Shown in pieces: positions 27,999 through 47,029 of a DNA stretch of 64,000 nt (the stretch's first letter is position 1; every line of letters begins with the position of its first letter). Origin of the DNA: the human T2T-CHM13v2.0 reference genome, Homo sapiens; assembly GCF_009914755.1 (NCBI RefSeq), contig NC_060932.1. One strand, 5' to 3'. Under the pieces are notes generated by a model that did not search any database, was not told where the DNA came from, and saw only the letters and a list, made by a program, of their open reading frames with translations. The position numbers and the translations under genes were made by a program.

Positions 27999-28904
27999 GA
28001 GGGAGGAGCCAAGATGGCCGAACAGGAACAGCTCCGGTCTACAGCTCCCAGCGTGAGCGACGCAGAAGACGGGTGATTTCTGCATTTCCATCTGAGGTAC
28101 CGGGTTCATCTCACTAGGGAGTGCCAGACAGTGGGCGCACGTTAGTGGGTGCGCGCATCGTGCGCGAGCCGAAGCAGGGTGAGGCATTGCCTCACTTGGG
28201 AAGCGCAAGGGGTCAGGGAGTTCCCTTTCCGAGTCAAAGAAAGGGGTGACGGACGCACCCGGAAAATCGGCTCACTCCCACCCGAATACTGCGCTTTTCC
28301 GACCGGCTTAAAAAACGGCAAACCACGAGAGTATATCACGCACCTGGCTCGGAGGGTCCTACGCCCACGGAGTCTCGCTGATTGCTAGCACAGCAGTCTG
28401 AGATCAAACTGCAAGGCGGCAGCGAGGCTGGGGGAGGGGCGCCCGCCATTGCCCAGGCTTGCTTAGGTAAACAAAGCAGCTGGGAAGCTCCAACTGGGTG
28501 GAGCCCACCACAGCTCAAGGAGGCCTGCCCGCCTCTGTAGACTCCACCTCTGGGGGCAGGGCACAGACAAACGAAAAGACAGCAGTAACCTCTGCAGACT
28601 TAAATGTCCCTGTCTGACAGCTTTGAAGAGAGCAGTGGTTCTCCCAGCACGCAGCTGGAGATCTGAGAACGGGCAGACTGCCTCCTCAAGTGAGTCCCTG
28701 ACCCCTGACCCCCGAGCAGCCTAACTGGGAGGCACCCCCCAGCAGGGGCACACTGACATCTCACATGGCAGGGTATTCCAACAGACCTGCAGCTGAGGGT
28801 CCTGTCTGTTAGAAGGAAAACTAACAAACAGAAAGGACATCCACACCAAAAACCCATCTGTACATCACCATCATCAAAGACCAAAAGTAGATAAAACCAT
28901 AAAG
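27999..28904 (+). promoter_or_regulatory. L1 5' UTR: CpG-rich internal sense promoter and antisense promoter
   Basis: YY1 site CAAGATGGCC at 28010-28019; many retained CpGs; SOX site AACAAAG ~28470. Confidence 0.85.
28336..28449 (-). pseudogene. L1 ORF0, truncated to 37 aa
   Basis: MAGAPPPASLPPCSLISDCCASNQRDSVGVGPSEPGA* matches the N-terminus of primate L1 ORF0; premature TGA at 28338-28336. Confidence 0.85.
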
Positions 28905-33812
<4,908 letters not shown>

Positions 33813-34033
33813 ACAATGAGATCACATGGACACAGGAAGGGGAATATCACACTCTGGGGACTGTTGTGGGGTGGGGGGAGGGGGGAGGGATAGCATTGGA
33901 AGATATACCTAATGCTAGATGACGAGTTAGTGGGTGCAGCGCACCAGCATGCCACATGTATACGTATGTAACTAACCTGCACAATGTGCACATGTACCCT
34001 AAAACTTAAAGTATTAAAAAAAAAGTTATTTTA

Positions 34034-35253
34034 TCTTGATTTTATGGAAAAATATAAAAATTATAAAGTTTTAGGCACCAAGCCATATATTTTCAACGTA
34101 AAGATATGGCAGAACTAAAAGAAAAAAATGGACATTTCAACAATCATTGGGGAAGTTGGAGCACATGTCTTAATAATTGACAAAATCAGCAGTCAAAAAA
34201 ATTCAAGAGAGACCTAGAAGATTTGACCCACCAATATGACTTATTTGTACATATAGAAGACTTTATCCAACAACTGCATAATAATGTTCTGTATGTGTGT
34301 CAATGGACCACTTATCAAATTGGACCCTATAATAGGCCAGAAAGCAAGACTAAGCAAATTTCACAAGATTGAAATCACACAGATTCTGTATTCTTTATAT
34401 ATATATATATAATATATATAATATACATACGAACAGCTTATTATGTATTTTATTACCAAAATATATTTATTCCAGTAATTTGAATAAATTTGAAACCAAT
34501 AAATCCAAAACAAATTTGAAGTTGGTTTGCCATCCAGAAATCAATTAATGTAATTCTAATCATTATCAAATAAAGATGAAAATTCATATATCATTTAAAT
34601 AGAAGCAGAAAATTCATTTGATAAAATTAACGAACTATCATAAAACAATAACAAAAACCTCTCATTGTTTGGAAAACTAAGTAACCTTCCTTAATCTGAT
34701 AAAAGATATTAACAAATGTCTTACTGCTACCGTCATATTTAATCTGGTTAAATATTGAACAATTTTCTATGGAAGCCAAGAATAAAACAACTATATATAC
34801 TATCATCACTTTTATTCAATATTGTATTAAAGTCTTATCCAGTGTAACATGGCAAAGAAAAAAGATATATATATATAAAGGAAAGGGAATGTTTGAGTTG
34901 CCACTATTAATGCAAGACATGATTGTGCACATATAAAATCTGGAAGAATATACAAATAATTAGAATTAATAAGTATGTTTGACAAGGTCATTGAATATGC
35001 AAATGTAAGTTTGACTTTCTGCTTATTAGCAACAAAAGCTAAACATTAAATTAAAAAAAGTTTATAATAGTACCAAAGTACCAAATAGTTATAAATTTAA
35101 TAAACTATGTGTAAGACTTTTACTCTGAAATTTTAAAAGCTAATCAACTGAAATGTATAAATCATTTGTATGCACTGAAAAGCCCAGTGTTCTTAAGACT
35201 CCAGTACCCTCCTAGTTGATCTATAAATTCAATGTAGTCCCTATTAAAGTTCC

Positions 35254-35294
<41 letters not shown>

Positions 35295-36010
35295 ACCACC
35301 TGAATATAAAATTTACAGGAAAATGCAAAGACCTAGAATAGCCAAAAGTCTTGAACTGGACAAATAAAATTGAGAGTACTTTACCAGATCTCAGGACTGA
35401 TTTTAACAACTAGAGTAGGTAAGTCAGTGTAGTATTGGCATAAGAATACTCAAATTCAAATAGAGTGACCAGAAACAAACTCATATGTATATGTGTGTTT
35501 GTGTGTGTGTGTGTCTGTGTTTCCTGATTTAAGACATAAGTAATACTGCAATTCATTGGGGAAAGGTTTATATTTTCTATAAATTCTTCCTTATAATTTG
35601 ACTATCCATTTGAAAACAAACAAACCAATAATATTGAGCCTTATCTCACACCATAAATTAATTTGATTTACAGAACTGTAAGCAAAAATTAAAACCAAGT
35701 TTCTGGAAGAAAACCTAAGAAAATATCTTCATAACTTTGGGATAGACAAACACTCCTTAAGCAGGACACAATAAACATTAACTCAAAAAATAGAATTATT
35801 TATTAATATAAATGAATTTTATTAAAATTAAGACCTTTGCTTGTCAAAAGATGGCATCAAGAGAATAAAAAGGTAAAGTATAAGCCAGGAGAAATAATTT
35901 ATAATGCACTTCCAAAAAAGTACTTATATCCAGAATTGTTGAAGAAATCAAAAAGAAAAAGATACTAGAATTCTAAAAAATCTGACAAAACATTTAAATT
36001 TTTATCTTCA
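34034..36010 (+). mobile_element. Ancient L1M ORF2 remnants (continuation of host element)
   Basis: Degenerate EN/RT-like segments ('aatagaagcagaaaattcatttgataaaatt', 'gtagtattggcataagaata', 'ggaagaaaacctaagaaaatatcttc'). Confidence 0.6.
35257..35288. repeat. (TG)n microsatellite
   Basis: ~16 TG units. Confidence 0.9.
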
Positions 36011-36212
36011 AAGATTTAATTGGTTTTTACTCAAATTTGCTTGGTTATTATGTATAGTATCTTATTCTATTTATATTTTTATAGGCTTCTTTTAATTTTT
36101 TGAATAAATGAAAGGTAGTTATTTTATAGTCTGCATTTGCTAATTCTAATATCTGCATCAGTTGCAAGTTTGTTTTTGTTGTGATTTTTAACATAAAGCC
36201 CTCCCTTCCCTG

Positions 36213-36279
<67 letters not shown>
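36213..36279. repeat. Long (CA)n microsatellite
   Basis: ~30 CA units. Confidence 0.95.
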
Positions 36280-36280
<1 letters not shown>

Positions 36281-39200
36281 AGGAACTTTACCTGTAGATT
36301 ATTTGAGGCCTGGGCTGTAGCTGAGTTTCTCTAAGAGGGCTTTGCTTCAGTTAGTCCCATAGGGACATTGTCACTCTGGAACCACTTTAAATTAAGTTCC
36401 TGGATTCAAATTTTTCAGACTGCAAACGGAGTGGATTCAGACTGAAACATTGGTCATGTAAGGGCTAGCTGTGGTTACAAAGTCTCAAGGACGATTTTAT
36501 TATCTTACCACTTACTGCCAAGATCAAGTCAGCTAAGACTTCCTGCTGTTCACTTCTGTGCGGTGGGTTTATTTCTCATCTGCTCTTACCAGATTAACCT
36601 GAAGTCTCCTATAAGAATATCCAGTTGCTTCCCCTTTTATTAAATTGTTCTTTGGATTCCTTCATTTTATGTCAGTCCAATGATGCACTAAAGCAAGTTA
36701 AGTATTTTATACAGATTTTAATGATTTTAAGTATGAGGGTTTTTGAAGGTATTTATTTTATTACATGGCTAGAAGCAAGGTTGCGTCTTTGCACTAACTT
36801 TAAATCTAAATAGGGTTTGGATGAATAGTTGTGTAATATGAGGAAGGGGATCTTCAGCTACATCTTCAGCTAGTAAGTAGGCCAGAATTTCAACCCATGT
36901 AAATGAACTCTAGAATATGTTCTTAACCAATACTAAATTTCTTCACATGATGACTAGTGAATTAATGAAATTTGATAAATGTTGAATAATGACATTGCAC
37001 TTAGTTAAATATTGAATAATTACTTGAAAATACTGCATAAAGATGTAGTAAAACTCAAGTGAATGTAGTTGAAGTAAAGAAAATTAAGGAATCGTGTCTT
37101 AGGTGAATTCTCCATATGTTGCTATGTTTACTCATAATTACATGAAGAGAAATGATCTGCTTTTGGATCTACCATTTGACACTAAATCATCAAACACTTT
37201 TGCATCAATGTTTTTGATTCTCCCTTGAAGGTAGGAATTTTGCTATAGATAATTTAATTTTTGATGTACTCTTAAAATTTTTTAAATAAGACTTTTTTTT
37301 ACAGTTTTTTTATTCTTCCAAATCAGAATAAAGTTTTCATTTTTGCCATTTTAATTTTGTAAAAAAAAGTATTAAACCACTAGAGTTTTCCCACCTTTTC
37401 CATTGAAATATTGGTAGGTTATTTTCCTGCTTAAATTTTTCTTTTAGAGATTTTATCAAATTTATAACAGTCTTGTCAAACAGATTCCCTTCCTCAAGTT
37501 TAAAAGAGTCTTTGTTTCAGTAACTCCGGTTTTCATTGATAGATGGTTGATAAAGAATTCCAATATATGTTTTAAATATAACAATGAAAGTGCATTTGCT
37601 TTTATGTATAGCTAAAATACCTCTGGCACCTACCGTATGTAACACACACACACACAAAAAGTTGGTTTTAGTTGTCTTAGATAACTTTTTTGATTCTAGA
37701 ATTTTGTGCAAGTAGGAATAGTTTTCTAATCCACAATTTTAGATGCTGAAGTTAACTAAATTCCAATATGAATTTAAAAATAGAAGTAATATGTAATTTA
37801 AGTACAATGCAGTAAAATGTAGATGGGTACAGATTTTTGAATAAATGCTATTTCGTTACTCCAAAAGACTAATTGGATGTTCAGAGTTGAGCAAAGGGCA
37901 GACTGACAGTTGGGAAACATTAAATAGAAGTCAAAGAATATGCAAGGTAACATTTTTATAACAAGAAACATAAGCCAATGTTAACTCTTGCTCTGTCAAC
38001 TAGGTTAACTTTTTCTTTAGAATACTTTTGTTGTTGTTTTGTCACAAGATGGAATTTGTCTACTGGTTATCTAAGATTCACAAGTACTTAAAGACAGTAG
38101 CTTAATTTGAGATTTGCCTTACAAGCACTGGATTTTGTATTGATGAATCATTCAGCAGAAACTTGGATAGAAGAAGTGATTTGAGAAACAATGTGAGGAG
38201 AGAACACAAGATACCTTTATTGCTATCATTTCATGTTATAAAACATTAACTCATTTTTTAAAAGTGGATTAAATGTTCAGTACACTTCCACTTAAGCCTT
38301 TCACATGAACAAAAAAGAAAAAAATAATTTCAAAGAAATTTTCATGGAATCCTAAGAGAACTTTAGAAAAAAATAAATATTTCTGGTAAAAAAAAAATGT
38401 TACCAAGATATTGTTATTGCTATGGGAAGAAGAGCCTATGAAACTAGAAACCCAATACACACTTCATTCAATATGAGCAATAAGTAGGAAAGGCTGTCTT
38501 TTCAGTTCTAATTCATAGTGTTTTGTCTTTTTCACCTGTATTTGCTAAATGGGAAACAATAGGGCACTTTTGGGCATGGCTATGAATGGACAAATATCCA
38601 CACTAATATTTCCCCTAAAATGTAAGTATGTTCATTAGTAAGACCATGTCAGCCCCTGGAAGGGATCCTCTTGAGCCAAGCTCAGCTCAGTTTAGAAACT
38701 GGCCATGCCTACAATTGGTTCCAGTCCTTATTTTTTAATGTGATTATTCTTCCATCTGAAGCCAAAGGAACCCAGAATTATCTGACAGGCTTGTACTTAA
38801 AATGGTTGTCTTTAATGCAATTTCCTCAGTTAATTTGTTTTTCTGCCATCAGTTAAACTGAGGTTAAAAGAAGAAATATCTCCAATAAACTACTGCCAAT
38901 CAGGCACAATTATCCACTGCTATGGCAGCAATTCTAGACCATAAGAGAACTTCCAATGCTTGAAATCAAAATATGAGAGGATGAAATTATTTTCCATTCA
39001 GTCATTATTATCTTCTTTGGATTAAAAGTTTCAATTTCACCAGATTCTCAGATCTGTTTCTTTTTAGTATTTTGTTCAAAAGTTGACCCCCCACACCACC
39101 CGGATGGTTTCGTTTCCCAGAACAAATAAGCATTTCCACTAACCACGGCCGGCAGTTGGGCTGGTTCTTGGGCAGAGGTCTCAGTGCCTGCTTGTACACA

Positions 39201-40538
39201 ATAATTTTTCAAAAGGTAGGAAACCAATTTCTGGCTTAGAGAGAACTTAGGGAAAAGAAAATAAACAGACAAACAAAAAAACAAAACAAAGTTTACATTC
39301 CGTTTGGCCTATTTATAACATATCTGTGCATTCAGCATATGAGTCCATTAATACTTTGAGCCCTTAATAAACAAGGGAAGCCCACCCAGCTTCACTGCAG
39401 ATATGCCTATGGGCTCACCTGATTTTAATATAACTAGCCCCGCTCCTGTACTCTCTCCACCACACTGAATGGAAAACTGGACAGCTTCTTCGCTCTAAAG
39501 TTCCACTAGCTTTTTGTGTCCTTTAAGGAGCCATTTACTTTATTGAAACAGCGGTTGGAAAAGTGTTTCAGTGCCTAAAAGATTTGCTCTGTTTCAGAGT
39601 TTAAACAAGAGGTGGGAGGCTTTGCTAAGGCACTGAGGGGAGTATGGCTGTAATAAACCCATTCTCTCGTTCTTATTTGGGGTTGGCCTCAGTGTTGGCG
39701 CAGTCTTTCTAAGGAGTACATGAGTTTTTCACACATTACAGATAATACCCTTGTCTTCATATTCTGTCTTTTTGCACACATGAGTATATTGGGGACATTT
39801 TTATGGAGGCTTCTGCAGTCTCAGCTCATACTAATACAAAAAAAAAAACTTTTTTGGGTGTTGGGGAAGAATAAGAGAGTCAGCAATGTTTTTGCAGTGG
39901 AATCTGCCATTCTGACCTTCTTCATAACAGGTGGGAAAAGTTTTCTTTTATACTTTGCCCTTCTTCCACAGAGGTTCAACACCACTGGCAGGACAAGGTG
40001 ATGAAAGAATGAACTGAAGGTTTCTGGAAAGTGAGTTGTTGTGAGTGAAGACAAAGGAATATGAGCCATTGTGATGTCCTGGCAATCTCTCATGCTTGGG
40101 TCTTTTGCTGTTCTATGTTCCCAATATTTTGGCATGGATTCATTCAGGAATGTCTATTTGGCAGTACATGTTTTATACAAGGATTGTTTTGGTTTATTTT
40201 TGGCTACGGTATTTATGATACTTACTTCTTCTTCTATTTGTAAGAATTCAGCTTGAAGAAAGAGTCAATGAGGCTTTTCTGAAGAGTTGGCCACGGAGTA
40301 TCCCATATCCTAGAGCAGTTTCTGCCACATGGTGGGCTGCAAAATAGGCCTGTGGATTGAATAGCCTCTTCTTTGTTGCTCTATAATATCAACTACTCTT
40401 TCAGTCTTTAAGTCCCATAACTCTCAAATAGTGTCACTGAAGACTTAGGCCAACACTAAAGGTCTGGGGCCTTCTACTTAAGCAAGGAGACAATAAGAGA
40501 ACTTAGATCAGTGCCAGGTGAACTTCCATAGCACTGTA

Positions 40539-40964
40539 TGATATAGTTTGGATCTGCGTCCCCACTAAATCTCCATCAAATTGTAATCCCCAGTGTTGGA
40601 GGTGGGGCCTGACAAGAGGTGATTAGCTCATTGGGGCGGATTTCTCATGAATAATTTAGCACCCTCCCTCTTGGTACTGTCCCTGTGATAGTGAGTTCTC
40701 ATGAGATCTGTTCATTTAAGTGTGTGACACCTTCACCTTCTCTCTCTCCTGCTTCTGTTCCTGTCAGCTAAGCCTGACCCCCCTTCACCTTCTGCCATAA
40801 TTGCAAGTTTCCTGAGACCTCCCTGGAAGCTGAGCAGATGCCAGCACCATGCTTCCTGTACAGCCTGCAGAACTGTGAGCCAATTAAACCTCTTTTCTTT
40901 ATTAATTTATAAAGATGCCAGTTTCTGGTATTTCTTTATAGCAATGTGATAATGAACTGATGCA
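40539..40964 (+). mobile_element. MaLR solo LTR (MSTA-like)
   Basis: 'tgatatagtttggatctgcgtcccc...gcagaactgtgagccaattaaacctcttttc...tttatagcaatgtga'. Confidence 0.85.
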
Positions 40965-40971
40965 CAGCTGG

Positions 40972-41845
40972 TGTCAAATTTTCCTCTAATTTGGTCTTGA
41001 GGTCTCTCTCTCTCTGGAGAGTGACTATCATTCTAGCCCTGACCTGATGGCTCCAGGGGAGGTGGTCGTGGATGTTTACAGAATGGCTTTCATGGGATGC
41101 TTCTTTATCCTGATGGATGGCCTAATACCTAAGTGTCTAACCCTTGATCAGGTGTTTCTCTCACAGGAAACTTGCTTCTACTAGCAGGTGCCCTTAAAGC
41201 TCTTGGCTGGCCTGTGTTCAGTTTATTCCAACCAAGATAGCCACCCTCTAGGAGGGCCCTGAGCAGGAGGAGAGTTGTGCTCGGGTGTGCCCCTCAGGTG
41301 AGACGCAAAGAAGGCCACACAACAAAACACATGAAATAACCCAAGTGGTGTATTATTTAACAGATCCAGAGAGAAGATGGCAGCACACTTTGCAGGGCTA
41401 ATTTGAAGGGGAGAACCCGGACGACGGCTCAACCAGCAGGTGAGAAGCAAGTGACAGAGAGAGAAGGACCTGTGGGGCAAAGCCTTGACTGGGGTCCAGG
41501 GCATTACCCAAGCAGATTACGGGCAGGGAGTTCTAACTATTTGGCTTACAGCAAGCAGGCACAAGTTTTGTGGATCACTGTGGCCTGTCTGAACAGTCCA
41601 TGTAAGGTGTGGGGAGCAGTGGGGTGAGTCAAGAGAATTGTATCCAGCTGTCCTTAGGGAGGTGGTTTCACCAGGAGGTGGTTGTCTAAGGCATATATCC
41701 AGATTGATCCTATTGAAAATTGGGAGGAGATGAAGAACTGGAAACTGTATTCAAATGTGACTAAGCCCTACTTCTGTTATGAGACAGTACAACTCTTATT
41801 CAAAAAGGATAATGAGGCAACATAAAATTACAAGAATTCATTCCA
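40972..41845 (-). mobile_element. ERV1 LTR, MER67-like
   Basis: Reverse complement starts 'TGGAATGAATTCTTGTAATTTTATGTTGCCTC'; internal 'ctctcacaggaaacttg...ccaagatagccaccctctagga' resembles the MER67 family. Confidence 0.6.
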
Positions 41846-43999
41846 GCCAGTCTAGGACCTTGGTGTTCTAGCCCTCCAGTACTTGAGTTTGCCTTTTCTG
41901 CTGGCTTTTCCTTTTTGCCCTTAGGTCTCCATTCACCAGGCTCCTAATTGGTTCCTTTAGTCCTTCCACTGAATGAAGTTCCACCTCTGAACTCCAGCCA
42001 TCTTGTGACTATGTATATGTTATCATGGAAAATGTCTTGTGAAACTACACATATAGAGTTCAGCTTGAAACTCTAAGGTTGATTGCATTTTTTTTGGCTC
42101 AAGCCACCACTGCTGGATAAATGAAATTCTAGGTACCAGAATGTGAAATGCCTAACAGCTTCTGTGTACACATGTGTTTTTCTCTTTTAATTGATATCCT
42201 GGCTTTAGACCAACTTCAGATTTACATCTACTGGACAAATAATCCTGATGCTCTCATTTTCTTTATCCTCAGTCCTGGAGAGGGGTGAGGACGGGAGAAG
42301 AGTAGGTAGGAGAGAGGCTTTTTTGAACTTTTAGCTTACCCCCTCCTAAACCCTTCTGCTCCATCCCAGTACTGTCCAAGCAAGCTTGATTATGGTATCT
42401 TCATACTAGCTTTCTAAAACCTCCAGAACATAGAAGAGGCAGAATAGCATAATGATATTCACTCTGGAGCCAAAGGTCTCTGACTCTGAGACTTTGAAAA
42501 TTATTCATTCTCATTCTGTGTAAAAAGGTTCTTAGTAAAAATCCTGCTGATAAACAAAACTGTTGGAAGCCTGGAAGAACAGTCTTCTCTTTCATATTGA
42601 ACAACCCACTAAAATGCGTTTTTAATTTTTTCATTGTAAATATTTCATTTCTGTTTAGTGGTCTCAGATTTTCCATATTCTGACCAAAATTATCAAATTC
42701 TTCAATGGCAGGCAATTCTACACTCCTATATCTTGTATTTAGATATTTTAAAAATTATTATGTATTTCTATAATAATAATGGTAACTATTATTATAACTT
42801 TTTATTCTGCTTTGTACAATGCCTGACAGGAAGGTATTCAATGACTACTGATTGACTGATTAAATATAAGCATAAATTAATTAACTGGTTAATCCACTGT
42901 GGATTCACTGATTCTATAGTCAATGTCTAATCTCAATCTAATGATCATCGAATTATATCTCAACCTATCTCAGTCTAAAGATGTTGATCATAGTTTCTGT
43001 CCCTAAAACTTCCAAATCTGCCTGGAAGCATTGGTGACTCCTAATGAGCCTCTTTTTTAAATTATATAAGTAAGAAATGGCACAGGTTTCAGAACAAATC
43101 ATCCACCAACCACAATGAATGGAAATAAAGAGAAAATCAGATTTGAGTTGTTATGCTTCTGATTGAAAAATCAGTAACAGAGGAAAGCTTAGTGTTTTAT
43201 GGGAGCACAGAAGTGCATTGAATTTTGTATAGGCATGCTATCAGAGAAGCAGAGGTAGGTCATGAAATGAACTGCAAATGATAAGAGTTTCGCCAGTCAA
43301 AGGGAAGCACATTCCAGGCGAAAGAAATAGCAAGTATAAACAATGAATTTGTAAAATTTACAGAATTATTCTCCTAACCAGTGACACAATTCTTCTTCGA
43401 CTTTGTAAACTTTTGTAGAATGCTTTGCTAAAATTTCTTAAAGTTATATTTCATTCACTGGCATTTAAAAAGTACTTTTATTAATTAATCTATGTCACTT
43501 TTTCAATAATAAGAGTAGATATTTTCTCCTAGAAATGTTGCCAGTATCCTGCTGAGTTTAGCCACCTGTCGCCCTCTTTCTCCCTGTGTTGAATTACACA
43601 TGCCTGTGAAATGCCCAACTGTGATTTTGCCCTAATGAGAGGAAATCCATAGAAAATTTACTCAAATAAACTAACTTTACAAAACTATGGGAGATAATTA
43701 GGTACAGGTCCATTTTCACAGGCTTCGTGAATCATATTGGAAATGAAAAGGAGTGAAAGGGCCAAGAATCAATTTTGGAACTTTTTGGTATTTGAAGTCT
43801 AGGATGGGGGAGCGATTGGGAGTTAGGACCAGAGTATATACTGGACTTGGGAACTCTGGGGTGTCAGAGGTCAGCTGGCGCTTCATTTGCACCCAGCATC
43901 CATGTTCCCTGGGGGAAAAATGTCAGGTGAGTTGGGGTTCACTGTCAGACTCTCAGAGCACCAAAAGTAAGACTTTTGAACACTTTAAATTCCACTAGA

Positions 44000-44240
44000 G
44001 AGTAAATATATATATGTATTTTATATACATTTATAGATAATATATGATATATAATTAAATGATGTATTATATAATATATATTTACTTTCTATCTATATTA
44101 CCTATAATATAGAAACACATATATTACATGTAACATATAAAAATATAAACACATATTACATTATATATTTTATATATATATGTATTACTAAATACAACTT
44201 AAATACAACTTTAAATACAACTGAAATACTGAAATACTTA
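44000..44240. repeat. AT-rich low-complexity tract ending in degenerate AAATACAACT repeats
   Basis: Direct inspection. Confidence 0.75.
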
Positions 44241-44650
44241 TTTATGATTGTGGTCTACAGTTTTATCATTCATGGAAAGGAAAAAATTTGAGTATAAGTC
44301 ACTTATGTTTTCTCCATTCCAGTCTTATCTTTGAAAATCTCCATATTATTAGAGACACAAAATTATTATCTGAACAGAGATTACAGCAGGGTAGTAATCA
44401 TGTGTGTGTGATGGCGACCATCCTCACCCCTTCTCCTGCTTTATTGTTCTGCCACATGACAAATGATATTATCCTGTTTGATTCTAGTTTCCCTCCCCTT
44501 CTAGAATAAAGTTCCATGAATTTATTTTATTTTCTTTATTTTTTTTTATTCGCTGCTGCATTCCCACTTCCTAGAATAGTGCCTGGCATATGTTAAGTCC
44601 CTGATAAGTTTTTATGGAATTAATAATGAATATATATTAATAATATGTGT

Positions 44651-44992
<342 letters not shown>

Positions 44993-46229
44993 TGTGTGCA
45001 TGTATATGTGTTAAAAGGTTGATCGAAGCTCATTACAAAAATCAACAAGGTTATGTATGTCCTTGTCTCCAGGTTCCACTCATCCCTTTCACAGCACTGA
45101 GCCCTCAGGGAGGGGTTGAGGGCAAAACAAATTGCTTGTAATGATCAGAAATATAAGAGAACCTACAACATGATGATAGACAAACTCAGATACGTAGTTT
45201 ATGATATACATTACAGTTCCATTTGCTTCTTGTTAAAGTTGATTGACTAAGAGTGAAAGAAGACTATCAGAGCCTAAAAGGAAAAAGAGGAGGAAGGAAG
45301 AGGAGGAGGAGAAGAAATGGAAGAGGAGAAGAGAGGAGAGGGGAGGGAAGCTGCGAGAACTCTCACACAGACTAGAGAGGCAGCTGATGGGCAGGCAGTC
45401 AGGTTGGTAGATTATCACAATTTGTCCAAATACTTAGATTACTTGATGACATTGATAAGAAACAAGATGGCTTTAAGTTCAGGATCAAACAGCTGTTGGA
45501 TCTTACCAAGAAAACTGGAGATACAGGTGCAGGTACTTCTCCATGCCCCGGTTTACCTTGGGTGTCCTTACTCATGCAACACCAGCCAATAGCTTCATTA
45601 GGCTGTGTATACTTCAAGAATGATTTCTTTAGTATGTATTCCCTATATGCCGAACTTCCTCAAAAACATGTCTGTATTTTCTCACCATGCTGTATTTTTT
45701 TTTTCCTGGGGGAATTCCCTCCCTTTATGCTCAGCTTGTGCTCTACTGAGTTCCCAGAACGAGCTTCCCTTCTTCTTTGTTCGATTTAATAACTGCCTGA
45801 CTTCCCATGATTTAGCTTTCTATTTCTACCTCTTGCACAAGGCCTTGCTTTTGCCCACCAGCTTGCAGAGCCCTCAGCCTTCCTCTTCATCTCCTGTAGC
45901 ACCACAGTGTGTTCCTCTCAGTTCATCATTTACCAGTAGTCTGCTCTACAACATCCCGATTTGCAGATCAGGATTTATGGGTCTCCTCAGCTAGACTGCA
46001 AGTTTCTGAATGGCAGGGATAAATGAAATTCCCTATCTTTTATAAAAATGATTCCTATAACAGATCAAATAATTTGTTGTATCCTCAACATATATTTGAT
46101 GAATAAATGAATGAGTGAGGAAAGATCAGTTTTGAGCACCATCCAAGAGAAAATCTACCACTTCAAGATAAGATTATGCTTTGCTTTCTGGTATTAATGC
46201 TTCAAATGGTGATGTCAAAGGTTGGGGTG

Positions 46230-46642
46230 CGCTATGGTTTAAAAGTGTTCCTTCCAAAGTTTATGTTGAAACCTAATACCCATTGTGGTGGTAATAAGAG
46301 GTGGGGCTTTTAGGGGAATTGATTAAGTTGTGATGGTTCCACTTTCATGAATAGATTAATGCCTTACAAAAGGGCTGAAGGGATCCAGCTTCGGCTCTTT
46401 TTGCCCTTCTCCTCTTCACCATATGAGGACATAGCATTAGTCCCCTTTTCTTTTTCTTTGTTCTTTCATTCTTTGGCCATGTGAGGATGTGGCAAGATGT
46501 CCCTCACCAGGCACAAAACCCAAAATCGAGTGCCTTGATCTTGGACTTCCCAGACTTCAGAACTGTAAGAAAATAAGTTTCTATTATTTATAAATTACCC
46601 AGTCTCAGATATTTGTTATAGCAGCACAAATGAACTAAAGCA
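46230..46642 (+). mobile_element. MaLR solo LTR (MST-type)
   Basis: 5-bp TSD GGGTG at 46225-46229 and 46643-46647; 'ccttgatcttggacttcccagacttcagaactgtaagaaaataag'. Confidence 0.85.
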
Positions 46643-47029
46643 GGGTGTGTATGGTGGAGTTGGGGGACGTGTTGTGATAGCACCCTCTTCCCTGGTGAGA
46701 GCACCAGAAGGAACAAGGAATGGAGTTACCGTAGTCTTGTAAGGCATGGTGCAGCAGCAGCAGAGGAGTAGAATATGGTTCTGTCTTGACAAAAGTAGTC
46801 ACAACAACACCTCCTCCGCAGAGGGAATGCAAGAGCAACCTCAAAAGAGAAATAGATAGAGGGGAGAAGAAACTAGAGAATTTAGGAACAAGTGTGTGGG
46901 AACTTGAGCCAAATACCCTCACTAGAGTCTGGATGTTTAATTCCTCCAATTACAGTAGGTATTGGAGAAAGTAAAGTTATTTACAAGTGGCTGGTCTTTA
47001 GTAACCAAAGTGGTTTACTATCTCTTAAT

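Noticed and set aside
33867-33890. G-quadruplex-forming G tract
   Set aside because: Standard feature of young L1 3' UTRs; not locus-specific.
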